In this document: positions 49,788 to 61,604 of the stretch, piece by piece
How the letters are laid out: each line of letters begins with the position of its first letter
How positions within the stretch are numbered: position 1 is the stretch's first letter
Source of the DNA: Pseudogymnoascus verrucosus
Taxonomy: Eukaryota
Assembly: GCA_001662655.1 (NCBI GenBank)
Contig: KV460247.1
Length of the DNA stretch: 64,000 nt
Direction: 5' to 3' (one strand)
Made by a program: the position numbers and the translations under genes
Notes under the pieces: generated by a model
Seen by the model: only the letters and a program-made list of their open reading frames with translations
Databases searched by the model: none
Told to the model about the DNA's origin: nothing

Positions 49788-51117
49788 ATGGCTCAATCAA
49801 CCTACCAATCCGTTGTCCTCGCAAAGCGTCCTACGTCCCTCATCGTCCCGGGCGAGACGTTCACTGTGCAGGAGCACAAAGCCTTAACGGCAGCAGATCT
49901 GAAGGATGGAGAAGTCCTGGTTGACACTCTGTACCTCAGTCTCGATCCTGCGATGCGGGGCTGGCTCAATGGTGAGGACCCCCTCCTCCTCACGTGACAT
50001 CCCCAACTTTTGACCATGCCTCTGATATGCCTCACAGATACGCGCTCGTATGTCCCTCCCGTGCAGATCGGCGAGAAGATGCGCGGCGCCGTGATCGCGA
50101 AGGTGCTGGCCTCCAAGTCCGCAAAGTTCGCCGAGGGCAACTACGTCACCTGCTCCACCGGCTGGACCGAGCAGGCGATTGCCAAGGAGAAGGAGCTCAC
50201 GCTCCTCGAGGTCCCGGCCGGCGGACAGGTTACGGATGCCCTTGGTGTCTTGGGAATGACTGGCCTGACTGCGTATTTCGGCCTGATTGACGTCGGAAAG
50301 GTCAAGGCCGGCGACTTTGTCGTCGTCTCGGGCGCAGCTGGAGCTACCGGAAGTGTCGTGTGCCAGATTGCGAAGCTGAAGGGAGCCAAGGTCCTGGGTC
50401 TTGCGGGAAGCGATGACAAGGTCGAGTGGCTAAAGGAGCTTGGATGTGACGGTGCGCTTAACTACAAGGACCCGAACTTCCGTGCCCAGTTCAAGGAGGC
50501 GACAAAGGACTTGATTGATGTTTTCTTCGACAATGTCGGAGGAGAGATCCTCGAGATGGCTCTGTCGAGAGCCAAGGCCCATTCGAGATTTATCATGTGT
50601 GGTGGTAAGTTACCTATCGTTTGGCCAGCGGCGATTTTCTGACTTTGTGACAGCTATCTCGCAGTACAACGATGCCAAGCCAACAGGACCAAAGGTTGTT
50701 TCCCTAGACCATCTTAGCTTCAATTCAAGACTAACCCTTTCGTAGAACATCTCGATGGTCATTGCTATGCGCATTAGGTAAGTTTCCTTATCGCAGCTTA
50801 GAAAATCTCGCAGCTAACAGTTCCCCCAGAATGGAAGGATTCATCGTATTCGACTACGTCAAGGAGTTCCCTGCTGCGCGTAAAGAACTCGTGCAGTGGC
50901 TCTCAGACGGAAAGCTGAAGCGCAAGGAGACGATTGTCAAGGGTGGACTGCGTGCTGCTGAGCAGGCGCTGGTTGCTCTATACAACGGAATCAACACCGG
51001 TATGTGAACCCCGATTATTTCTCAGGCTTGATTCATGCGGCTAACTCTTGTGTCCGTATAGGAAAGTTACTCGTTGAGGTTAAGGCGGAGAACGCGAACG
51101 GAGGGTCGAGGTTGTAA
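49788..51117 (+). CDS. NADP-dependent alkenal/one (prostaglandin reductase-like, MDR family) oxidoreductase with C-terminal SRL, multi-exon
   Basis: YLSLDPAMRGW, LGMTGLTAYFG, VSGAAGATGS, FFDNVGG, G|KLLVEV...GGSRL*. Confidence 0.92.
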
Positions 51118-52840
51118 GTTAAACTCGTCATAAACAAAGGCGCCTTGGCAAGGGAATTGTCATAGGGGGGTCGATGGACGACCCAGAGCTTGTAGATACT
51201 TGGTTGGATATACAGCTGCTGCCACGCGGGCTTGGATAGCAGTGCTGCAGCAGCCTTGTACCTACGGTTGTTCACATAATTAAAAGTTAAAACTATCAAC
51301 ATCAGCTGACGTGTTATAAAGGAGAAGTATGAGACCAAATGGTATATCAAATTGAACCCACTACCCCTGTAGCTCTGAATGAATCCCCCTGGTAAGACAG
51401 TACTCAAACATTGCGCCTCATCCATGCCGCCTTCAAACCAAACCCACACGGGAACTGTGCATCAGATCTACGCCGCATCCTTTTATCATGCATTCTCTCC
51501 CTCATCGGGCGCCCCTGCATGTGCTCCTGCATCACCCAACATCCGTTGGAGAACCATGAAATCACACTTCTGGTACCAGTTAACTGAGAATGCGCATTCT
51601 ACGAACTCCAACTACTCCAACCACTATATACATCCCCGCTCGGGCTCCTTGGCCGAGCTTAAGGCTGGCCTTATTACCGATGGCATTGGCACCAACCAGC
51701 ACTCCGTCGATCTCCCCGATCACCAGTGGATACTCGTCATATTACCTGTCTCGTGGCACTGGTGTTGTGTTATTCTAGTAATCCATCGAACAGGCACGGC
51801 CGAGAAGTGTGCCCCCTGTTTCATTGTTTCTGGGGCTAGTTTTTCGAATGAGGCTGCGATTGGCAACTATTCTTGATCTGGATATTACAAAGCTGAAGAT
51901 GTTTCTCGACACACGGCACGGTGATTACAGAAGCGAAGGCCTTTGTCACTGATTTTGGCCAGCTGTAGACTACGTGGGCTGGACCCAACCTTTGGCCCGG
52001 AGCCTTCCAACCGAACTGCCACCCACGAACTATGAGGAGTTTGTGGGGGCGATGGAGATATCTCCCCGCGAAATCCGAGACTGGATGAGAAAAGCTTGCG
52101 AGGGTCGGAAAGAATTGGCGATAAATAGGATCAACTCCGTTGGGAGAGGGGCGCGTTGATCAACTAGCACTGACCAATGGGTAACATCCATATCACACAG
52201 ACACCCGACACAGACCCACTGAGGGGAGGCGCTGATCCTGGACTTGCTGATGGCACAAACTCCATCAGCACTGATGATTACACAGACATAAAAATCGACG
52301 TATTCTGCCTGACCTTGTCCTACCGATGAGTTGGATGTATTCTGATGGGATAACTTCGTAATTCTTGGTAAATAAATTCTCTTTGACATATATCAGGAAT
52401 GGTCCAGGTTATCTTTTTCAGGGGCTGTCAGATGTCAGACGGATGTGGGGGTTCGGTTTTGCCCAGGATTCGGCCGAGGCCTGACGTCGTAACTGTAGCC
52501 TAGTTCGCCGCCCGGCCGTATTCGTACAGAACACAACTATGCACACTACACGCACTATTCACTGCACAAAGCACAGACGAAACGCACGTACTGCCCCCTA
52601 ATATTGACTCCATGGGCTCGCTTCCCCACAGGCCTTCCCCCATTTCCCCATTTCCCCACAGAAAGCCCAGAATCCAGTTCCCTTAGCCCTGAAGCGGCCC
52701 AAGACGTCTTGAACCTTTAGTTTCCCCGCACGACTTTCCCTCGATATATTCTCTTTGTAACCTCTAGATTCATCGATCGTGAATAGAAACAAGACCAGAG
52801 GTTGTTCGTAATCGAAAATAGCAGCTGAATTATAACAAAC

Positions 52841-54540
52841 ATGAGCGACATTTCGTCTCCGGCCGTGACCGCCAGGCCGGCAAAACGACAGCGGGCTGAC
52901 GCGGATCTCCGGAGCCAGCGAAAGCGGGAGGCAGACAGGAAGGCCCAAAGAAACTCTCGTGAGAGGCAGAGGTCACACACGGATCATCTCGAGAACATGA
53001 TCACGATTCTCCGCAAGGAGAATGGGAATGCGGCTACGAGCGAGCTGATGGAGATGGTGTGGCAGCTCCGGTCTGAGAACGAGCGTCTCCGGAAGATTAT
53101 CAATAGTGCAAAGTCGGCCTTGAGCGTGATGTCGTGCGAGCCAACTCCATTGTATTACTCTCCTTATGGCAGCGTCATTTGTCCTAACTAACACATATTG
53201 CAGACCAAACCCTCAACATGTTGATTTGACCAGTGCCCCGAGGCCACCTCCAGGTAAGGGCCCACAGGTTGCTGTAGTCGAAGGCGCTCCCAACAAGAAC
53301 CCAGGAGCTTCTCAGCCAAGTGCACTGCCTGCAAAGCGTAGCATAGATGATGTCATGCCGACTGCTTCAAATAGCCTCGTTCCACGTGGGGAACAAGCTC
53401 GAAAAAGACGCCAGACCGTTGCTGATATAACGGCCGAGAGTAATTGCGGGAGCGTCCTTAATTTCACTGAATCCTGGATGGACAAGAAGGCAATAGTTAG
53501 GACCGACAAAGCCCATGCCGATCTTACTCCCTGGGCTTGGCTGAGCCCGATTGCATCCATGATGCCACCACCAGCTCGCCCCCCGACACAGGGCATGCAA
53601 TGCCAAATCTGGGAGAAATCGAACAAAATCTACTCTCAAATATCGACAGTCGCCGCCGCTTCTGCTTCTGCTGCACTACGCTTAAGTCCTATGGACTACG
53701 CGAATTTGATATTTAAGGCCGTGATTAACGGTTGGGCTTCCTTGGACACCTGGGAACGTAGTAATCCTATTATGAAAGCACTGTCAGACATCGATCAGGT
53801 ATTCTCAGAACTTGATCAGGTAAGCAGGGCTGCGTTTCTGTACAAAAGCCACATGCTCCTCAAGGTAAGCCTAGAGCCCATTAACTAGGGAATGTATGTA
53901 CTGACCAAGTTTAGTATCACATGGATCCCGAGAAGGGCAACTGGGACGAGATGCCTGAATGGCAGCGACCATCGTAAGGCAACCATGGCTCGAAGAGCAT
54001 TGAATTCCGGCTGACCTTTCTCAGATTTACACAGCGTACCAAGCAACACCCTATTGCCGTTGATTTCTTCGTGTGGTAAGTGCAAGATTAAGATTCTAGA
54101 CATGACCATTGCTAATCATCACCAGGCCCGCCCTACGCGATCGCCTTATTGATAGCAACCACAACTACTTTGCTACGGGCGACTTCTCGGCCTATTTCCG
54201 TCGGCATTACAAGTTCAGTTGGCCCTTCTCTTTCGAAGATACCTATGTCTACGATGGTGCGTCAAATACTTATCAAATGAGCCCAATATTTGCAAGGTAC
54301 CACCGCGACCTCAAATATTGGGGCGTCGAAAGACCTTTCCTCGAGAAATTCCCGGAACTGGCAGGAGATATCACGTTAATTGATACCGAAATGAATATAT
54401 TCCACCCGCAGCCTCTTCAGTCGATGGGTTACATCGAAAGCCCCCCTGAGGATGCAACCACGCCAGACATATTGTTTTCTGCAGGCTTCACGGATGGGGA
54501 GATTGCGGAGCTCTTCGATAATTTCCCTCAAGTTGGATAG
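52841..54540 (+). CDS. bZIP transcription factor with C-terminal DUF3425-type domain, multi-exon
   Basis: QRKREADRKAQRNSRERQR basic region plus zipper; MPEWQRPS...HPIAVDFFVW|PALRDRLI; WGVERPFLEKFPEL. Confidence 0.88.
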
Positions 54541-55504
54541 ACCGGTGATAGCACCAGCGGAAATGCCTATCGACGTTCTTTGTCAAGGGCAACAATTCAA
54601 TGGCGACAAGAATTATGTTATCATATGGTTAGTGGCGGACCGACGACAGCAACAGACATCTGCTCTGCTTCGATGTCGGCCATACAAAGTTACGCCCATA
54701 TCACTCCAAGGGAGCCGGAAGGTCCTGTGGGATGCGGACTTTCTCTACCGAAGGGTTCGGTGCCGAGATGGTTTTACGACTCATGAGGAAGTCTTTAGGA
54801 TATCTCTACCTGAGGGAATATTCCATGGTTTGAAATAGCAATCGCTGTACAGTATCTTCGAGTTTCAACTGCACGATTTTCGTCCCCATGAAGGTATGAT
54901 AAGGGTTGTTCATATCAGTAGCAAATTGACTATGTTTACCTTGACTACTGGCCGCTCTGAATATTGGGGGGAGGGGGGTAATTTGGAGTTGTGTGCCCAA
55001 ATGGGTAATCACGTGAGCTAATTGAGGGGAAACGCATTCGGGGGATTCGGGGAATAACATTCGGAGAATTCCACGAGGATCTCCATTGGTTGGGGTTTCG
55101 TCCCATATTTCTTACTCGTAACGATCGGCCTTTCCGAATACCTTAAAAAGTTAACATATCAATGCAGCTGAGATTAAAGTTACATACTTTTTTCCCAATC
55201 ATACGAGAACTGGTTCAAGTTCTACCACAGTATAATTTGTCGTGTAAACCTGCTTCGCCTCCCTGCTACTTGGCACCAGGGTTTGTGCCGTTAGTTGGCT
55301 CTATCCCCGCATTGCCGAGTCATTTGGGCTGAGTCAAGGTGGAAGACAAGCTCAAGACTACCGAGGCAAAGTTTAATGCAGGAACGAGGCAGGTTTAAGC
55401 GGACCACCGCGATATGATAAATAAACCTAAAATCTCTTGATAATTATTGTTTTTTGTTATCCCATCTCCAAAAGACTCACTCAGTTTTAGATTAATCCAT
55501 AATC

Positions 55505-56283
55505 ATGCTCTTCAGCCGCTTCACCATCTCCGCCCTGTGCGTTGGTAAGTTTACTCGGATTTCTGGCCTTTAATTGAGCTTAACTGAGCTCAATTCGACC
55601 ATAAATTGCAAAGCTAACTCGAGATAAGGCGCCGGACTCGCAGCGACCACCAGAGATGTCTCTCTTGCTCAGGGACAGGCAGCTGTCGTAGCTCTCAAGA
55701 GCCTCCAGGAAGATGTTACCGCAAGCGCTGCGCTCATCAGTTAGTTTTAAACACTCACATAGACAGCCTGCAGCCATTCTAACGCCTCTCGATAGAGACC
55801 AACGTCGCGAAGATTGGGCCATTCTCCCAGCCTGCCGATATTGCGGCCCCCGTTGCCGCCATCAAGGAAGCGTTTGTTGAGATTGTTGCTTCGTTCAAGA
55901 ATGCCACCGATGCCATCAAGGCCGGTGCCGCCCCAGTTGGAGCCCGCCAGCTCCCCACCGACCCAACTGCCATCGCTACCGAAATCGCCGGTATCGTCAA
56001 CAACATTGCTGGCACTCTCCTCGGCCTCTTCCTCTCTTTCTTGGGCACGGTCACAGCTTGTAAGTTGCCCATTCAAAATGTAACGCTCCAGCGAGATAGC
56101 TTGCTAATTCGTGCTCCTCAAACAGCCAAGCTCTGGCAAGAAATCAGCAACCCTCTCCTTCAGGCTTTCACCGATGTCATGAGCACCCTCGAGACGATCC
56201 CTGGCCTCAATGTTGTCTTGGACATTGCCAGAGGTATCCTGAACAGCATCCCAGTCCCAGGTCTTAACATGCCCGGCTTGTAA
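55505..56283 (+). CDS. Small predicted secreted, Ala-rich helical protein, 4 exons
   Basis: MLFSRFTISALCV|GAGLA signal peptide; three introns with CTAAC/CTAAT branch sites join one frame with strong C-ending codon bias; ends PGLNMPGL*. Confidence 0.75.
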
Positions 56284-57170
56284 GACTACAGTCACAGGAT
56301 ATGCTGGGAGTACTGCGCTGGTTATTTGTTCAGGCGAGGTGAAAGCTTTCCCATTTTTAACTATATTAAGTCGGCTTTATGCCAATTATTTAGTTATGAG
56401 AATTGTTTGTACATAATACAACTACATATTTTGCCTGTTATGTCTATGTTATCTATAAATATTTGTTTGACTTCATGTACAATATCAAAGAATTACCACC
56501 ACCTACTCGCGCTACAATATTGAATAACATTCTTCTGGAGATATGATATTACGGTTGAGTTTCCCCATACAAATGTAGCGATGATGTCGTTCCGACGAGT
56601 CAGACATTACTGTGTGTGGAATCCCTTCACCCATTCAAAATATGACGGCACAAGGCAAAAGCCACAGCATTTTCATCGGATAATATGTTGGTAAGGGATT
56701 CCAACAGGACCAATCTGTCGTAGTGCATATCAAGGACAGGCCTACAGCCCTGTGCAGCCAACCGCCGACCCATGGAGATTACAATCTGCAGGCTGGAGAC
56801 CTCGTGCGCCATGGGGCTTCCCCACAAACAGGCTTAGAGCCGGGTACAAACCCATATGGAGCCCAAAGCCAAGGGCCTAACCCAAATGTATACCAACGCA
56901 ATCCGCCCGCATCAAAAATTTGTTGGAATTAAGCCTGAGTGCCCAGGGCTTTCCCGCTGCCAAGAATTGGACACAGACCCTCTATAGAGCCGAGAACCTA
57001 GCGGGCAACTCGCCACAACCCACACACCATGCCACAACTTGGCATCATCTGACAGAGCAGTTGAAAATAGTGTTCATTGTTCAGTCTAGATGCAAAATAC
57101 GAAAGCCGATATTTGGCCGATACAAAAAAAAAAGTTCATTCCGACGCCTCCTCCCCTCGTGGTATCAAGT

Positions 57171-58418
57171 CTAAATGCTGCCAAGAAGCGATTGAAGGTT
57201 CACTGCAAGAGTTAGGGTGTGGCTCTGAAGTGCTGCTTCCTAAAATCGAATCTCATTAGCATTTGGTCATGAGGATATGAACTGGCTGGGTTGGATGGAC
57301 GTACGTAGTAAGGCAAGTGGACGCCATTGTAGACCGCTGTCTGCCCGACGATAATCATGTTAACCATGCCCTGCTTATCCACACTGCCGAGCGCGAGTGA
57401 TGTGTCAACTATAGCGTGCATAGGAAGCAAGTTCTGCCCTGGGTTCAATACGAAGTTATCGATGGTGCTGTTGCCGATGAGACCCTTCTCCTTTGTGGAG
57501 ATGTGCATCATAACTGTTCCCTGTAATTGAGTTAGCGGCTGCAATGATAATGCGACAATGGATACATACAAGCTCGACTGTCAACACAGACGGGTTTGGA
57601 ATAAGTGCCATCCCTGTCAAGTTGGGTTCTCCAGGCGCGGCCATTAAGTTTACTTTCGGCTCCGTGATGTTGAAGCCCTTCATGCCATTGAGTGCTAGAC
57701 TAATTAGCTCGGGTCCAAGAATTGGAGAACAGCGCGCAATATACCTTTGAATGTAATGGAAGAGTTGTAGTTGACACTGTTAACGGGTAAAGCGCCGAGG
57801 TGTAGCTTGGTCTTGCCCTCCATTCTCACTTCGATGCTCTCCTGAACCAAGACCTGCTTGGCGAAGGCAGTGACCTGGTCCATATCGACAATCGTCGCTT
57901 TCTGGTCTGTGATGACGATGTTGGTATCGGGGTGATGGGCATGGATTTGGGGCATCCCGATCTGTGTGATCACCTTCTCCGACGTAATCCCATCAGTCAC
58001 GAGGTGCATGCTGACGTTGAACGCGTCCAGCGTCGGCGTGAACTGGCTGTCGCTGTGCTGCAAAGCATCGACCGAGAGAGTAAGGGAATCTAACGATGGC
58101 TTCATGAACTTGAGGCTGGTGTAGCTGAGAGTCGCATCGTCGATGCCCTTCTGGGCAATCTTAGGCATTGCCACGTAGACACTAGAAGCCTGTATTAGAT
58201 TTGAGTTCACTTCGAATGATGAAAATCATAACTTACAGGCATAATGATACTATTAAAAACCCAGCGCAGAAGGCGATAAGATGTGCCCACCAGAACCTCT
58301 TGTAATGATTCTTTACCTTTCCTCCAAAGGTAGGTTTCTTCTCATATCGCTCTTCAACCTGGTCTATCTCACCCCCTTTCCTCTCGCTAGACGACTCGTC
58401 GCCCCTGGCAGACTGCAT
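57171..58418 (-). CDS. DUF3712-like single-pass membrane protein, multi-exon
   Basis: HYKRFWWAHLIAFCAGFLIVSLCL|VYVAMPKIAQKGID, IPNPSVLTVEL|GT, LNPGQN, YNGVHLPYY|EAAL. Confidence 0.85.
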
Positions 58419-59134
58419 TCTAGCGACTGAATGAATGAAATGTCAATGTAGAATTGAAAGACGTATAATCAAGAATATTCAGATAAGGTCGTCGAATAAA
58501 TCGCAGAAGAGAACAGAGTAAAGTATGAAAGTGTCTCAGAGCTTGGCTTTGGAGGGAGATTGGATGTAATTTAAAGGAAGATCATATCAATCGGGAATAA
58601 GAAAACGATACAGGGATTCGGTATCTTGTACGCCATTTGATGGTGTGCGCCAGTTGCGGGGAACTTGACATCGTCGAAATTGAGTCAGGCCCGCTATCAT
58701 TGGGGGATCTACATTCCCCGCGTTATTTCCCCCAATGGTTCGTGGGGACCCCATAGCTAGGTTCCCCAGATAATGGTGGCTCAGCTGGAAGATCGTGGGG
58801 GGTTAACTAGGATATCTACGATATAGGATTGACATGTGCTTGTTATTACCTAGGGGCTTGGAGCAAGCATGGACAAACTTGAGTTTATCTAGTACAGCGA
58901 TAAATACTGACCCACCCCCGCCATTCAAAGATCTTTAGTCTCGTCGTCGGATGAGTGGAAATTTTGATCGATCCGATTTCTCGAAATTCCACTTCTAATC
59001 GAAATAGATACACCCCGCCATTCCAAGATTATCAATCCCATTGTGAGTGAGTGAATAACTAGATCAATCTAATTTCTATAATTTCTACTTCTAATCTAAT
59101 ATCATAGGGGCCATCTAACTACGGATACAAAATT

Positions 59135-60676
59135 CTATCGTATCCAATGCAATGCCATCAAGGCCATCTTGTACCAAAAGTACAGCGTACAGCCAAGAAT
59201 AACTATGAGAACTCCTAATATGATGAGATTCCTCGTGTCTCGGCTGCCTGCCTTTCCAATCGACAAGCCTCTGGCAACTTCGCCCTGTTCCGTAACGGTG
59301 TTGAATCCAGGAATATACTGCAATTCGAACTTTGTCTTCTTCCCCTTCATGCCGTGCTTGCCTTCCATAAGAACATAGAAGAGCCGTTTTCGCATGTACT
59401 CCACCTTCCACCTGTCTAGGATCGGAATTGATCGGTAGATATAGCTTGACGCGCAAATAACGATACACTGAACCATGACCAATGTCACGCTGAGATAGGA
59501 GGATGTGGGGATTTCTAGCGCATCAGACAGCCTGGAGCCGTTGAGCCAGCGAGCCTGGGCTCGGAGATAATCTGCTGAAGGGTATGTAGGGGCCTTGTCT
59601 GCGAGGGCTTGGATGATGTTGGCTGCAAGCACCTTGCTCGAGTTGCTCGGCTTCAGGTCTGCATCCAATATACTTTCCATAATCGCCTTGGTCGACGCTG
59701 GTGTCTCCAGGACATCGGTGGGGGTACCCATATAGTACGCCACTAAACGCCACAATGCAACGTAATCTTCGATTTCATTCTCTCTCATGTAGATGCCCTG
59801 TGCGGGCAATGCAATCCATATAAGCTGAGCGGAAAACGTTGATATGGTGCCAATTGAATCTAGGTCGTTGATTGGTGTTCCGAACTCCTCTACGCTATAA
59901 TAGTCGTCCCTTTCTTTCGCCATGGCGAGAATCTTATTGCGGACCATGGCGTGAAGGAGGCGCACGCGGATGGCGGATACATGTCCGTCACCACCCGGCT
60001 GGACGGATTCCAGAGAGTTGGTAACCTGCAGGACAAACTGGGTTGTCTCTAACCTATAAAAGGATTAGCATCATGTTCATGGTGAGAGAAGTCATGCATA
60101 CTTACATTCGATTCCTGGCAACCCTTGGAGCAAAACCTCCTGTCCTCGCCAGCGTCTCAACAATTCGAGCGGCGGCCTTCAAATAGTCAGAATTATGGAG
60201 AAACAGTACTGATCAGAAAACTCACCATTCCCCCCAGGAGACTCGAAAAGGCCAACCCGGTCATCGCAGCCTCACCGTACCTATAGAACACCTTCAACAC
60301 ATCAGCACGTGATTATCATAGAATTTGCTATATTCCTCACATCTTGTCCGCGCTTGATTTGGTCCCAATCGACCCATTCGGGCACAGTGTGCACGTCTTC
60401 CCAAAATTTCGTGACAACCGGATCCTCCTTGGTCAAGGCGATGGACTTGAGCGACTCATACAAGTCCATTTTCCGGGGGGCACCTTTGCCAACCGCCTCT
60501 CCATTCTCAGCCGCTTTTTTCATCTGCAAGTCCTTTACACGCGCTAACACATCTTCTCCCAGGGTGTCATATGAGTACCTGAGGGGCATCTGCTGCTCTT
60601 CCGTCATATGCAGGTCGGTCCATTCATACTTGTAACCCCAGACATCATGGATATCCTTCTCTGATGATGGAACCAT
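59135..60676 (-). CDS. ER-bound oxygenase MpaB/rubber oxygenase-like (DUF2236) protein with C-terminal TM, multi-exon
   Basis: VPEWVDWDQIKRGQD|VFYRYG, LETTQFVLQVT, IRVRLLHAMVR, GTPINDLD, DYVALWRLVAYYMG. Confidence 0.88.
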
Positions 60677-61604
60677 CGTGTCGAATTTATCAATGGATTT
60701 GGAGAGAGGCTATCAATAGAGCGTGTATATAATGGCTATAAAAAACTACCATATGAATGTCACAGCGATAGGAAAGCAACATATACAGGCTTCAAATCAC
60801 GATAGAAGCATAATACATTTGGATATGGAGACATGGCCCGAGGCGTGGGGTTGAATGACGAAGGAATTTCCTCCCACGAGCTGGATTTAGACCGCGGCGC
60901 CTGACATAGACGTTGGTACCAAACACTGTTCGTCATTTTGCATGCGCAAAATAAAAAGTACGTGCCAAAGAAATAGCGACGTAAGTCGGATCGAGTCAGC
61001 ATCCGAGGTCTAAAGTGGGTACACGCCACCATGCACAACCCCGCATCCGCCACTTAAACGCAGATACCCCTGAAATAGTGGGTATCGATAAGAACCGCCG
61101 GCCTATCAGCCATCGACGGCCATTGACAGTCCAACAACAATCTATCAACAACCATCTCCACGGTTTATGAGGGTTATAACGGTTGGTACGAGGCAAGCCA
61201 CCGGCGGGCGCTATGAACGGGACTGGTCGCCTGTTGCCGACGACGGGGTTCGAGTCAGTCATTGAGTATGTCAGTTATTGGTAGAGCAAACCGTCTTCAT
61301 AACTAGAACCGTAGTATTATGCAACCGGCACGGACCGTTGGTATCCCATCATTCCATGGACGTGAAGATGATTGACTTATCACGGGTAGTTTCTGAGTTG
61401 TGAAAGGGGAGTCAGTTAGTTGTGCAACTGCGGGTAAACGAAACATATTCGTGCAACACGGACATGGCGGTTGTGCAACTACGGATGCATCAGAGTCCGT
61501 TGTGCAATCATGCTCCATGTTGGATACCGAGGGCTAAAATGTCCTTTCATATGTTAGGACTACAGAATATATGATGATTTGTTGTCTAGAAAGGCGCTCG
61601 CGCT

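Noticed and set aside
56723..56932. Short Gly/Gln/Asn/Pro-rich ORF as a possible amyloid-motif peptide
   Set aside because: GTG start, no clear pseudo-repeat pair and no adjacent NLR or HeLo gene.
61247..61256. tRNA or SINE suggested by a B-box-like GGTTCGAGTC
   Set aside because: No paired T-stem, acceptor stem or oligo-T terminator.
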